The notes below the pieces were generated by a model. It saw nothing but the letters and a program-made list of their open reading frames with translations. It did no database searches and was not told the origin of the DNA. The position numbers and the translations under genes were made by a program. A DNA stretch of 64,000 nucleotides from a bacterium (GTDB lineage Bacteria > UBA8248), in NCBI GenBank assembly GCA_965207065.1, contig OZ242260.1, positions 2,080,001 to 2,144,000 on the forward strand, written 5' to 3'. Shown piece by piece: positions 42,201 through 52,607 of this stretch (its first letter is position 1; each line of letters begins with the position of its first letter).

Positions 42201-44846
42201 ATGAAGGGCAATGAAGTCCGCCAAAAATTTCTTGAATTCTTCGCCGACGAGGCGCACAGGATCGTCCGCAGCTCCAGTCTGGTACCCATGAACGACCCCA
42301 CCTTGCTGTTCACCAACGCCGGCATGGTCCAGTTCAAGGACGTGTTCACGGGTCTGGAGAAGCGCGACTACTCCCGGGCGGTGACTTCCCAGAAATGTCT
42401 GCGGGTGAGCGGCAAGCACAACGACCTCGAAAACGTCGGCCGGACTGCCCGGCATCACACGTTTTTCGAGATGCTGGGCAACTTCTCCTTTGGTCAGTAT
42501 TTCAAGGAAAAGGCAATTGAGTTCGGCTGGGAGTTTTTGCTGAACCGTGTGGGTCTCGACGGGGATCGCATGTGGATCACCGTCTTCAGGGAGGACGACG
42601 AGGCGGCGGAGCTTTGGGAGCGGCTCGTTGGCGTTCCGCCCGAGCGCATCGTCCGCATGGACGAAAAGGACAACTTCTGGGCGATGGGGGATACCGGACC
42701 CTGCGGCCCCTGCTCGGAGCTTATTTATGATCAGGGAGATCACATCGTCGGCGCGCCGCCGGGCAGTGGACACGAGGATGAGGACGGTGATCGTTACTTG
42801 GAGCTCTGGAACCTGGTGTTCATGCAATTCAACCGGGAGGCTTCCGGCAAGATGGTTCCGCTTCCCAAGCCCTCCGTCGATACCGGAATGGGGCTGGAGC
42901 GCCTCACGGCGGTGGTGCAGAAAGAGGACAGCAATTATCACACCGACCTCTTGATGCCGCTCATTCATTCGGTCGAGGAGCGTAGCGGCAAGGAATACAC
43001 CGGCAGTGACGCGCCGAACGACGTTTCTTTCCGCGTCATCGCGGATCACGTTCGCTCGGTCAGCTTTCTGGTCGCGGACGGCGTTTTACCGAGCAACGAG
43101 GGCCGGGGCTACGTGTTGAGGCGCGTGGCGAGGCGGGCCTTGCGCCACGGCCGAATGCTGGGCATTGAGGGGCCGTTCCTGCATGAGACGGCAGGCGTCG
43201 TGGCCGACATGATGGGCGATGCGTTCCCCGAACTGAGAGAAGGCCTGAGCTACATCTCCCGCGTCACGCTGGCCGAAGAAGAGAGGTTCGCCAACACCCT
43301 CGCGCAGGGCCAGCCGCGCATGGATGCGCTGGCGGATGAAGTGAAGTCTTCGGGCAGCGCCACCATCCCGGGCAGGGAAGTGTTCACCCTCCTTGATACT
43401 TATGGCTATCCGTGGGATTTGGCGGTGGAAACAGCAGCGTTTCATGGCCTAGATATAGACCAGGGCGGTTTCGATGAGGCGATGGAGCAGCAGCGTGAGC
43501 GCGCCCGCGCCCACTGGAAGGGTTCGGGTGAGGCCGCAGTCGATGAAGTCTGGCACCAGGTGCGCGATAAGGCCGGCGATTGCGAATTCACCGGTTATGA
43601 TCACGATGAGGAAGAAGCCCGCGCCTGCGCCCTCATCGTGAATGGCGCGATTTGCGATGAAGCCGGCGCGGGAACCGAGGCGCGCGTCATTCTCGACAAG
43701 ACACCATTCTACGGCGAATCGGGCGGGCAGGAAGGTGACCAGGGCGGGTTCTCCTGGCCCGATGGCGCCGCGCTCGTCCTTGATACGCAGAAACCGCTCC
43801 CCGACGTGTATGTCCATCAAGTCAAGGTGACGGAAGGAACCTTGCAGAAGGGGCAAAGTCTTGTCGCACGAATCGACACGGATAGGCGCGATTTTTTGAG
43901 ACGCAACCACTCGGCCACCCACCTGCTTCAATACGCGCTGCGCCAGGTTTTGGGAGATCACGTCAAGCAGGCAGGTTCCCACCTCTCGCCCGAAAGGCTG
44001 CGGTTCGATTACACCCACTTTACAGCGATGACGGCCCGCGAACGCGAAAGGGTGGAGGACATCGTGAACGAGCGCATTCGCGAGAACGCGAACGTGGAAA
44101 CGCAACATATGTCGATAGACGATGCGCTGGCCGCAGGAGCGACGGCGCTCTTCGGAGAGCGCTACGGTGAGGACGTGCGTGTCGTCTCCGTGGGAGATTT
44201 CAGTATGGAGCTTTGCGGGGGCACGCACGCGCGCGCCGCTGGGGACATCGGGTTATTCCGCATCCTGCACGAGGGTAGCGTGGCTGCCGGCGTGAGGCGC
44301 ATCGAGGCATTAACGGGCGAGGACGCGCTTCTCCAGGCGCGTAAGGAACAACATGCCCTCTCCGAGATCGGGGAGATGACCAGGGCGGCGCCACTGGAAG
44401 AAGCCGAACGTGTGAGGCGTCTGCTCGATCGCGTGAAGACGCTCGAACGTGAACTCAAGGATTCGCGCGATAGGCAATCGCGCGACGAGATGGGCGATCT
44501 GGCTTCTGACGCCCAGGAAATTTCTGGCATCAAGCTCATCGCCGTGAGGCGCGACGGACTTCAGGCGGGAGATTTGCGCGGAATCATCGATGCGGCGAAG
44601 GGCAAGCTCCAAAGCGGCGTCGCCGTGGTCGCCGCCGTGACGGACGGGAAGGTCGCCATCGCCGCGGGCGTCACGAAAGACCTCACCTCTCGCATTCATG
44701 CCGGGAATCTGGTGAAAGAGGTGGCCTCGCTCGTCGGCGGTAGAGGCGGAGGAAGGCAGGACTTCGCGCAAGCGGGCGGCAAGGATGTCGAAAAGGTGAA
44801 CGACGCCCTCGCCGCCGTTCCCGGACTCATCGAAAAAATGACATAA
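42201..44846 (+). CDS. alaS: Alanine--tRNA ligase
   Basis: FTNAGM.QFK, HHTFFEMLGNFSFG, HSATHL, ELCGGTH, DHHA1. Confidence 0.98.
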   Translation: MKGNEVRQKFLEFFADEAHRIVRSSSLVPMNDPTLLFTNAGMVQFKDVFTGLEKRDYSRAVTSQKCLRVSGKHNDLENVGRTARHHTFFEMLGNFSFGQYFKEKAIEFGWEFLLNRVGLDGDRMWITVFREDDEAAELWERLVGVPPERIVRMDEKDNFWAMGDTGPCGPCSELIYDQGDHIVGAPPGSGHEDEDGDRYLELWNLVFMQFNREASGKMVPLPKPSVDTGMGLERLTAVVQKEDSNYHTDLLMPLIHSVEERSGKEYTGSDAPNDVSFRVIADHVRSVSFLVADGVLPSNEGRGYVLRRVARRALRHGRMLGIEGPFLHETAGVVADMMGDAFPELREGLSYISRVTLAEEERFANTLAQGQPRMDALADEVKSSGSATIPGREVFTLLDTYGYPWDLAVETAAFHGLDIDQGGFDEAMEQQRERARAHWKGSGEAAVDEVWHQVRDKAGDCEFTGYDHDEEEARACALIVNGAICDEAGAGTEARVILDKTPFYGESGGQEGDQGGFSWPDGAALVLDTQKPLPDVYVHQVKVTEGTLQKGQSLVARIDTDRRDFLRRNHSATHLLQYALRQVLGDHVKQAGSHLSPERLRFDYTHFTAMTARERERVEDIVNERIRENANVETQHMSIDDALAAGATALFGERYGEDVRVVSVGDFSMELCGGTHARAAGDIGLFRILHEGSVAAGVRRIEALTGEDALLQARKEQHALSEIGEMTRAAPLEEAERVRRLLDRVKTLERELKDSRDRQSRDEMGDLASDAQEISGIKLIAVRRDGLQAGDLRGIIDAAKGKLQSGVAVVAAVTDGKVAIAAGVTKDLTSRIHAGNLVKEVASLVGGRGGGRQDFAQAGGKDVEKVNDALAAVPGLIEKMT

Positions 44847-44910
44847 TCGCCTCACATCCGCGCCCGGTTCAGGCGGGTTCATCGCAGCAATTTTGTTTCG
44901 GAGAACATCT

Positions 44911-46092
44911 TTGAGTGATACGGCCGTGGCGGGCGCGGTTCCAGAGCGCCTCAAGAAAAGAAGAATCTCCCTGCTTATCGTCGCCCACGTCGCGAACGAC
45001 AGCTATTTCGGTTTTCTCCCGCCGCTGCTACCTCTCATCGTGGAACGTCTGGACCTGCCATTGAGCCTGGCGGGTCTTCTGGCCACCACGCTTTCCATCA
45101 CCGGTGCCGTGGGCCAGCCTCTTTTCGGTTATTTCGCCGACAGAATCAGGAAAGGGTGGCTCCTGGCGCTCGGGCCGCTGGGCGGTGCGCTTTTGGCGTT
45201 CATGCTCTACATGCCGAATTTCTGGATTCTCATGCTGCTCATGCTGATCGCGGGTTCGGGTTCGGCCTGTTTTCATCCCGTGGCCTCGGTCATTGCCGGT
45301 CAGTCCGCAGGCGCGAGAAAAGGGTTCGGGATGTCGCTTTACGTCGCCGGTGGGCGCCTGGGCGTGGGGATAGGCTCCGGGATGGCAACGTTCATCGTCA
45401 TCCGGTGGGGAATCGACGCAATACCCTACGCGAGCCTCTTCGGAATCATCATCGGGGTACCCTTGCTTTTCTTCTCTCCGCCCATCCGGGAGGTGGGAAG
45501 CGGCGCGTCGCAGAGTTTCACGCAGACGATGCGCATGCTCAGGCTCGTGTTCCGTCCGCTTTTTCTGTTATGGGTCGTGAATCTGTGCCGCACCACGGTG
45601 ACAATGACGGTGCAGGTGTTCTTGCCGATATACATCATCGCCAAGGGTGGTTCGCTGGCCGCAGGCGGAACGGCCATTACCCTGTTTCTGGTCGCCGCGG
45701 CGGTGGGCGGCATCTACGGCGGGCATCTCTCCGACATCTTCGGCAGGCGGATCGTGACGATCATGGCCATCTGCGTGGGCACGCCCGCGTTGGGGATGGC
45801 CTTTCTGTTTGACGAGCCTTTGCGGACCGTCTTCGTCATACTCTCGGGCGCTGCTTTCTACGCGCAAATGGGTGTTTCGGTTACATACGCGCAGGAGATT
45901 GCCCCCGAACACGCTGCCTTGGTGAGTAGTTTCATGCTCGGCGTGGTCTGGTTCGTAGCGAGCATCGGGATGATCGCCGTGGGCGGTCTGGCCGACTACA
46001 TCGGCGTGGAAACGGCCCTGCCGCTGGTCTGCATGGCGTTCGGCGTCGTGGGCTCGTTCCTCTCTCTCGGACTGCCCAAGGAGACGGCGTAG
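44911..46092 (+). CDS. MFS transporter (Fsr-like)
   Basis: About 12 TMs, AH..ND.Y, QPLFG.FADR, FHP, GG.LSD.FGRR. Confidence 0.88.
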   Translation: MSDTAVAGAVPERLKKRRISLLIVAHVANDSYFGFLPPLLPLIVERLDLPLSLAGLLATTLSITGAVGQPLFGYFADRIRKGWLLALGPLGGALLAFMLYMPNFWILMLLMLIAGSGSACFHPVASVIAGQSAGARKGFGMSLYVAGGRLGVGIGSGMATFIVIRWGIDAIPYASLFGIIIGVPLLFFSPPIREVGSGASQSFTQTMRMLRLVFRPLFLLWVVNLCRTTVTMTVQVFLPIYIIAKGGSLAAGGTAITLFLVAAAVGGIYGGHLSDIFGRRIVTIMAICVGTPALGMAFLFDEPLRTVFVILSGAAFYAQMGVSVTYAQEIAPEHAALVSSFMLGVVWFVASIGMIAVGGLADYIGVETALPLVCMAFGVVGSFLSLGLPKETA

Positions 46093-46096
46093 AGGC

Positions 46097-46489
46097 ATGA
46101 GCGGAAAATTCAAACCTCTGGCCGTGGAGCGCGAGATAGCCGAGGAGATGGCCACCTCGCTCGGGCGCATCGGCAGCGAGTTCTCGAAACGTCATCAAAG
46201 GGCGTGGGCCGCCTGGCGCGCCTGGGAGAAGGGGCAGGAGTTCAGCGATAAAATCAGGGATAGGCTTGAGCGTACGCTCCATCAAGCGATGGACGAGGCG
46301 GAGCGCTACCGTTATTTCCTCATCGTGCAAAGAGAGGCGATGGGACTTCGAAACCATGCGGAGGTCAACCGCAAATACCCGCTTCCCCGCGTGCAGGGCA
46401 GACCGCCTGCCGCGGGCGACCCCACTAGCCCTCGTCTCGCTTGGCCCGGAGGATTTTCACGAGGTTGGCGTAGGAAGTTCTCCGGATGA
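46097..46489 (+). CDS. Hypothetical protein (DUF6665-like)
   Basis: EI.EE.A.SLGR and YFLIVQREAMGLR.H..V...Y. Confidence 0.6.
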   Translation: MSGKFKPLAVEREIAEEMATSLGRIGSEFSKRHQRAWAAWRAWEKGQEFSDKIRDRLERTLHQAMDEAERYRYFLIVQREAMGLRNHAEVNRKYPLPRVQGRPPAAGDPTSPRLAWPGGFSRGWRRKFSG

Positions 46490-47030
46490 TGGAGCGAAAC
46501 TGGTCGCGGTAGTTTTTCACCAGGCTCACGCCCTCCACCACAACGTCGTAGACGCGCCATTCCCCACCCACTTTGTGCAGGCGGTAGAATATCTCGACCT
46601 CTTTCTTGTCCGTTGTGATGATGACGGTGTTGACCTTGGCGAATTCCGTGTCGATGGTTTCTTTGCCGAGAACGACTTTCTCATTAGTGTAGCTTTCCAG
46701 CGTGCTGGCGTAGTTGCGTTCCATGAAATAGCTGAATAGCTCGATGAATTCGGACTTCTCATTGGGCGTGCGTTTTCTCCACGCCCTCGCAAGGCTTCGC
46801 CTGGACATTTCTTCGAAATCGAAATAACGGTGAATGACTTTGCGCATCCGGTTTCTGCGTTCCGCTTTTTTCTCGGGAGCTTTCAAATCGGGTTGGTCCA
46901 AGATCTCCAAAACCCCGTGTATCCCCTTGCGCACCACTTCTGACGGTTCTCCAGCTTGTGTTGGAGGCGCGAGAAGAGCACAGGCGAGAAGTGCGGCGAT
47001 GAGCAGCGGTAAACGCTTTTTCAAAAACAT
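46425..47030 (-). CDS. mlaC: Phospholipid-binding periplasmic protein MlaC/Ttg2D
   Basis: FDF..MSR.SL..W, W.VYDVVVEGVSLV.NYR.QF. Confidence 0.92.
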   Translation of the reverse strand: MFLKKRLPLLIAALLACALLAPPTQAGEPSEVVRKGIHGVLEILDQPDLKAPEKKAERRNRMRKVIHRYFDFEEMSRRSLARAWRKRTPNEKSEFIELFSYFMERNYASTLESYTNEKVVLGKETIDTEFAKVNTVIITTDKKEVEIFYRLHKVGGEWRVYDVVVEGVSLVKNYRDQFRSIIRRTSYANLVKILRAKRDEG

Positions 47031-47201
47031 GGGCTCTCCTCGTGCGGCATGGCCTGAATCCGGGAGTGGTGAAACCGGGATGATGACAAGATATTTATGT
47101 TTGAGCCGGTCCTCTCGTTGCTGACTCCAACAGGGCGAATCCCTCGCTGGAGAGGGAGGTTAAAGGCCATTGTCTGGCGTTGTTTCAGGCGGCGATGGCC
47201 C

Positions 47202-47648
47202 TTATTTCTTAACCTTGCCGAAAACAAAGTCGCCGATGAGTTTCTCGATGTCAACCGGGGGTTCTGTCTCGCGGATCCGTCCGCCCGGTGGGATGATTTT
47301 TTCTGCCCCCCCTTGGCTTAAGCTCACGTATTTGTCGCCGAGAACACCTTTCGTGCGGATGGAGGCGATGGAATCCCGCGATAGTTTGAGGTTTTCATTG
47401 ATGCGGAGCGTGATTATTGCATCCTCCCCGTCGAGGGAAATTCCGCTCACACGCCCGACGCGTACGCCCGCCATTTCCACCGACGCGCCTTTCCTCAAAC
47501 CCGTGGCGGTCGTGAAATTCGCTGAGACTTCATAGGTGCCGTCATCGAAAATTTCCAGACCGCCGAGATTAATCGAGAGATAGGCGAGCGCGAGGATTCC
47601 CGCCAGAACGAATATCCCGACGCCGAATTCCACGTTTTTCCGGTACAA
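47202..47648 (-). CDS. mlaD: Outer-membrane lipid asymmetry protein MlaD
   Basis: MCE domain (GL..GA.V..AGV.VG.V; GVLGDKYV.L..GG); TTG start inferred from GAAGGA. Confidence 0.9.
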   Translation of the reverse strand: MYRKNVEFGVGIFVLAGILALAYLSINLGGLEIFDDGTYEVSANFTTATGLRKGASVEMAGVRVGRVSGISLDGEDAIITLRINENLKLSRDSIASIRTKGVLGDKYVSLSQGGAEKIIPPGGRIRETEPPVDIEKLIGDFVFGKVKK

Positions 47649-47662
47649 GGCTCGTTCCTTCT

Positions 47663-48451
47663 TCAAATGAGAATCGAGGTGAGGAAATAATCGCCCACCA
47701 GTATCAGGACGGAAGAGAGCACCACGGCTGAGGTGGTCGCCTTGCCCACTCCCTCGGCACCGTGACCGCAATGATACCCCTTATAGCAGCAGACCCATGT
47801 GACGATCAGGCCGAAAACAATGGACTTCCATAAGCCAACGTTGATGTCGACCATCTCGATCTTGTCCTGCATCTCCCCGAAAAAGGTTCCGGAACTCAAT
47901 CCCATCAACTCTACGCCCACGAGATATGCCCCGAATATGCCGATGAGATCGCAAAGCGCCGTCAGCAGGGGGAATACTATCACACCCGCGAGAAGCCGAG
48001 GAGAAACAAGGCGCTGCAAGGGGTTCACGGCCATGCTTTTTAAGGCGTCCACCTGTTCGGTGATTTGCATGATGCCGATTTCGGCCGTCATGGCCGATCC
48101 TGCCCTTCCGGTTACGACGAGCGCAGTGAGCACTGGCCCGAGCTCACGAATGAGGCTGAAGGCGACGGCGGGGCCGAGAAAGGCTTCGGAGCCGAATTTT
48201 CTGAAAGCGTATATTCCCTGAAGCGCCAGCACCATTCCGGTGAACAGGCCGCTCAGCAAGACGATGGAGAGTGAACCCGTACCGATGATGTAAATCTGGC
48301 GCATCAGGAGAGAGGGCCGCCAGGGCGGTGCGAAAATCCACCGCACGGATTCGAGCAGGAAGATTGCGGCGCTTCCCATGCCGGCGATGATCTCCATCGC
48401 GCGCCGGCCAAGCGTCCGGATGCCTTGTGTCACCATTGTCGCGGTACTCAT
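47663..48451 (-). CDS. mlaE: MlaE-family ABC permease
   Basis: RELGPVLTAL...GRAGSAMTAEIG.M..TEQVDAL, GAEGVG.ATT.AVV. Confidence 0.95.
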   Translation of the reverse strand: MSTATMVTQGIRTLGRRAMEIIAGMGSAAIFLLESVRWIFAPPWRPSLLMRQIYIIGTGSLSIVLLSGLFTGMVLALQGIYAFRKFGSEAFLGPAVAFSLIRELGPVLTALVVTGRAGSAMTAEIGIMQITEQVDALKSMAVNPLQRLVSPRLLAGVIVFPLLTALCDLIGIFGAYLVGVELMGLSSGTFFGEMQDKIEMVDINVGLWKSIVFGLIVTWVCCYKGYHCGHGAEGVGKATTSAVVLSSVLILVGDYFLTSILI

Positions 48452-48634
48452 GGGGTTTGCCTTCTATTCCTCATCATGAGCGAGTATAGTGTCGTCATCA
48501 GTTGCTTGTCGGTTTCCACGAGCGGTCTCGCGATTTGCAGGGCGGCGGATACAGGTTCCTAGTGTATCGTTCCTGAAGGATGGAGATCAACGCTGGCGCG
48601 AATGGCCATATTCTTCTAAGGGTTTGTTTTTTAT

Positions 48635-49459
48635 ATGAAAAATACAGCGCTCGGACCCCTTTCCAGATATATCGAGTATGGTGTGCGCAACCATGCGTCG
48701 GATTTTGCGCAGATCACCCGCCTTTTCGTCGCGATTTACGTGCCCGTGTCCATGATTGCGCTCTCCTTGCATCCTTCCATCAAATCGCTGATGGAACCCG
48801 AAGCGAACCTCATGCTGCTGTTCCCGCTCATGATCGCCTCCCAGCTTCTCTTGCGCATTTTGCAGGTGTTCTTGTTCATACTCCTGATTTTGCGGGTCGA
48901 ATCCGAACGCACGGGCGATGGGGCCGTTTGGGACATCGCCGAGGCCGTGAATCGTCTGAAAGGTGTCGCCAAAGTGGACCTGGCGTATACCTTTGGTTTG
49001 CAGTTGCTGGGAGTCATCGGATTTGCGGCGGCGTTGTTCATCTTCAGTTTCCTGTTCGGAGACTCGCCCATCGGGCTCCCGTTTTCGTTCGCCGTCACGA
49101 TTTTTCTCGTTCTCACGCCTGCGGTTCGGTATTATTTTTGCACCTTGACCGCATTGTTGTATGGGGACGACTTCGCTCAGGCCTTCCGCCGCGCCGGGAT
49201 GATATCGAGCGGTGGCGAGAGAACCATCGTCGTTCTGGCGATGACCTATCTACTGGTCTGGTTCATACTCTGGCAGGTGATACAGGGGATTTTCGGAGGT
49301 GGCCTCCTGGGGCAGGTACTGTTGCAGACGGGCGTGATGGTGACCTCTATCTCTTATTACTTGGCGGGGTTTCTCCTGTTCTCGGACCTTTGCGAGGTTG
49401 CGAGCGCAAGGCGGACGGATAATGCGGAGCAAATCCCAGAAGACATGGGCGACGCCTAG
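48635..49459 (+). CDS. Hypothetical polytopic membrane protein
   Basis: About 6 hydrophobic segments; fills the intergenic space. Confidence 0.65.
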   Translation: MKNTALGPLSRYIEYGVRNHASDFAQITRLFVAIYVPVSMIALSLHPSIKSLMEPEANLMLLFPLMIASQLLLRILQVFLFILLILRVESERTGDGAVWDIAEAVNRLKGVAKVDLAYTFGLQLLGVIGFAAALFIFSFLFGDSPIGLPFSFAVTIFLVLTPAVRYYFCTLTALLYGDDFAQAFRRAGMISSGGERTIVVLAMTYLLVWFILWQVIQGIFGGGLLGQVLLQTGVMVTSISYYLAGFLLFSDLCEVASARRTDNAEQIPEDMGDA

Positions 49460-49468
49460 CGCAAGTTC

Positions 49469-50251
49469 CTACAAGAAGACGTCGAAATTCAACCCGTCAT
49501 ATGCCAGCTCGACGCCACTGGGCAGGCTCCGGTTCGTTTCGTAGTATTCCAACTCGAAATTGGTGTGAGTGAAATACGTCTGCTCGGGTTTGAGCTCCTC
49601 GACGATTTCCAGCGCCTCGGCGACCGTGAAGTGTGAGGGGTGCTCCCGGTGGCGCAGGGCGTCCAGGATGAGGACGCGGACTCCTTTCAGGATTTCCATG
49701 GATTTTTCCGGAATGGCGTTGCAGTCCGTGGCATAAGCAAAGTCCCCCACCCGCAGGCCCATCACCTTCATGCCGGCGTGTTCGAGTTCGAAGGGGATGA
49801 CGTTCATGCCGGCCACCTCGAAAGGGGAATTTCCAATCTCCGCCAGCGTGAGTTGCGGCTTGAATCCGCTGTATTCCCGAGCGTGATTGAAAATGTAGCT
49901 GAAATTCTGACAGAGAATCTTCACCGTATTGGGATAGGCATAACAGGGAATCGGTTTTCCCATCAGGAAATTAAAGGCGCGCAAATCGTCGATGCCGTGC
50001 GTATGGTCCGCGTGATAGTGTGTATAGACCACGGCGTCAACGCGGGTGATCTGGTGTCTAAGGGCCTGCTCGCGCAGATCGGGACCCGTATCCACCAGCA
50101 GGTTTCGCCCGCCATGCTCGATGATGATGCTCGGACGCAGCCGCTTGTTCCTGGGGTCATCCGAGAGACAAGCGGCGGTTTTGCACCCAATGGAAGGAAC
50201 GCCGGTGGAAGTGCCGCAGCCCAGAACGGTGACCCGAGCGCTTGCGTTCAT
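49469..50251 (-). CDS. MBL-fold metallo-hydrolase (PhnP-like)
   Basis: LGCGTSTGVP.IGC, THYHADHTHGIDDLR. Confidence 0.92.
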   Translation of the reverse strand: MNASARVTVLGCGTSTGVPSIGCKTAACLSDDPRNKRLRPSIIIEHGGRNLLVDTGPDLREQALRHQITRVDAVVYTHYHADHTHGIDDLRAFNFLMGKPIPCYAYPNTVKILCQNFSYIFNHAREYSGFKPQLTLAEIGNSPFEVAGMNVIPFELEHAGMKVMGLRVGDFAYATDCNAIPEKSMEILKGVRVLILDALRHREHPSHFTVAEALEIVEELKPEQTYFTHTNFELEYYETNRSLPSGVELAYDGLNFDVFL

Positions 50252-51282
50252 CTCACCGAATCCGCCAGAACCTGAGCGGCGGTTTGTACGTCTTCCCTCG
50301 AGACGTCCAGATGAGTGACGGCGCGAAGCATCTTCGCGTTCGGTATGGAGAAGGCGACGCCTTTTTCCATCATCGTCTCGCTGATCTGGTGTGCCGTCTT
50401 GCCACTTTCCGAGATGTCGAGGAACACGAGGTTGGTGGGTGTCGTGTCATGGACGGGTCGAACGCCCGGTACACCCGCTGTGAGTTCAGAGAATAGCTGT
50501 GCGTTTGCGTGATCATCCGCCAGGCGCTCCACGTGATGCTCGAGGGCGTAGAGCCCCGAGGCGGCGAGAACTCCTGCCTGGCGCCAGCCGCCACCAAACA
50601 TTTTCCAGTATCGGCGCGCCCCTTGTATAAACTCTTTCTCTCCGAGCAGGATGGAGCCCACCGGGCAGCCCAATCCCTTGGAGAAGCAAAAGCACATCGA
50701 ATCGCAGCGCTTCGACCATTCCTTTGGAGGGATTCCGGAAGCGACGATGGCGTTGAAGATTCGGGCGCCGTCGATGTGAAGAGGGATGTTTTGCTCTTTC
50801 GAAAAAGCGCGCAACTCGTCGAGTTTGTCGAGGGGGAACACGTGGCCACCACCCTGATTGTGCGTGTTCTCCACCCATAGCAGGGCGCTTTTCGGGTACC
50901 CTCCCGTGGGCCGGAGCCATTTCTCGGCATCTTCACGAGCGTATGTCCCACGGTTCGCCGAGATCAGGGCGAATTGAACTCCCGATAAGAGCGGGCCTGC
51001 GCCCAGTTCATTTCGAAAGGGGTGACAATGGGAATCGGCGATGATCTCATCGCCCGGGTTCGTGTGGACTTTGATGGCCAGTTGATTGGCCAGCGTGCCC
51101 GATGACACGAACAGGCCGTCTTCCTTGCCGAAGAGGGAAGTCGCCTTTTCGATGAGTTCGTTGACGCTCGGGTCCTCTCTAAGGGTGTCGTCGCCCACCT
51201 GCGCCTCGACGATGGCTTGGCGCATCGCCTTCGTGGGGCGCGTTGCGGTGTCGCTTCTCATGTCGATGAAATCACTGGACAA
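50248..51282 (-). CDS. ltaE: Low-specificity L-threonine aldolase
   Basis: DMRSDT.T.PT, SGT.AN, ENTHN, HIDGAR.FNA, SKGLG.PVGS. Confidence 0.92.
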   Translation of the reverse strand: MSSDFIDMRSDTATRPTKAMRQAIVEAQVGDDTLREDPSVNELIEKATSLFGKEDGLFVSSGTLANQLAIKVHTNPGDEIIADSHCHPFRNELGAGPLLSGVQFALISANRGTYAREDAEKWLRPTGGYPKSALLWVENTHNQGGGHVFPLDKLDELRAFSKEQNIPLHIDGARIFNAIVASGIPPKEWSKRCDSMCFCFSKGLGCPVGSILLGEKEFIQGARRYWKMFGGGWRQAGVLAASGLYALEHHVERLADDHANAQLFSELTAGVPGVRPVHDTTPTNLVFLDISESGKTAHQISETMMEKGVAFSIPNAKMLRAVTHLDVSREDVQTAAQVLADSVR

Positions 51283-51439
51283 AGAATAGACTCCCCGGCT
51301 TCCGGCCCCCGTCTCCGGGAGTCGGGTTTTAAACACTCGGTTATTTGTAATCCACTTGGTGGAGGATATATTTGCATATTCGTAAGTGATTTGCCAAATT
51401 ACCGCTCTGTCATTTATTTGGCTTTTACAATCCTTACAC

Positions 51440-52594
51440 ATGCCCAGAGACTATAACGATATGCACAATACCAAGGGGTTGCCTGTTTTCGAGGATGATT
51501 TCCTCAGGCGCGCGAGATCGTATCAGATGCGGCGCCTGTATGTGGGGTTGACGTCCTCCGCCCTGGAATTCGGCGTCGTGCTCGCGTTTTTGTTCTGGTA
51601 TCTGGGAGCGGAGGCCGCAAAGCCGGCGGGCGGTGCGTTCGTAAGCGGATTTGCTGCTTTCTCCTTCATTGCCCTCTCGAAAACGCTGGTTTCCTTGCCC
51701 TTTGACTTCTACGGTGGCTACACGCTCGCTCACCGGGAAAATTTATCGAACCAATCACTTCTGGGCTGGCTTTGGGACAGATGCAAAGGGATTTTGCTTT
51801 TGCTGCTGTTTGGTGGCTCGGCCAGCGGTGTTTTTTTGATGATCATGACTGTGTGGCCGGCTGATTGGTGGTGGATAGCCGCGCTGGCTTCGGTTTTACT
51901 GGTGGTTTTTATCTCCCTCATCGCTCCGGTACTGCTCGCGCCTATCTTCTTCCGCTTCAAGCCCCTGGCGGATGAGGGCCTGAAGAAGCGACTCCTCAAA
52001 CTGTTAAAAAGAACAAGAGCGAATGTGTACGGCGGTGTTTGGGAGATGGATATGAGTTCCAAGAGCAAGACGGCGAACGCCGCCCTTGTCGGTTGGGGAC
52101 CATCCCGGCGTGTGGTTCTCTCCGATACCCTGCTTGATTTCACGCCTGATGAAATCGAGGCAATTCTCGCCCATGAAATCGCGCATCACGCGGGTCGTCA
52201 CATCCCGGCTCTTATAGCGATGAAAAGCACGCTGCTGGTTTTCGGGGTGTATTTATCCGGCCACGTGCTGGAATGGCTGGGGGAGTGGATAAACCCTGCT
52301 CTGGTGCAGCCCGGCGAGCCCGCTTGCGTCGTGGTTTTATGGGTTGTCCTGAGTCTCCTGGGAGTGGTCATGTCTCCTTTCATTCTCGTAATTTCGCGCG
52401 CTTTCGAGTACCGCTGCGATCACTATTCCACCAAATACGCCGAGGTGAGGGGTGGATTGTCTTCCGCCCTTATCAAGTTGTGCAAACTAAACCTAACGGA
52501 CCCCGACTCGCCCGGCTGGGTAGTTTCGCTATTTCATTCGCACCCCTCGGTTTACGATCGGCTGGCGAGAATCGAGTCATGGGAGAAAGCCTAG
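51440..52594 (+). CDS. M48 (Ste24-like) membrane metallopeptidase
   Basis: TMs, ANAA..G.G...RVVL.DTL, HEIAH, SHP...R; start uncertain. Confidence 0.9.
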   Translation: MPRDYNDMHNTKGLPVFEDDFLRRARSYQMRRLYVGLTSSALEFGVVLAFLFWYLGAEAAKPAGGAFVSGFAAFSFIALSKTLVSLPFDFYGGYTLAHRENLSNQSLLGWLWDRCKGILLLLLFGGSASGVFLMIMTVWPADWWWIAALASVLLVVFISLIAPVLLAPIFFRFKPLADEGLKKRLLKLLKRTRANVYGGVWEMDMSSKSKTANAALVGWGPSRRVVLSDTLLDFTPDEIEAILAHEIAHHAGRHIPALIAMKSTLLVFGVYLSGHVLEWLGEWINPALVQPGEPACVVVLWVVLSLLGVVMSPFILVISRAFEYRCDHYSTKYAEVRGGLSSALIKLCKLNLTDPDSPGWVVSLFHSHPSVYDRLARIESWEKA

Positions 52595-52607
52595 ACGATA
52601 TTTCGGT

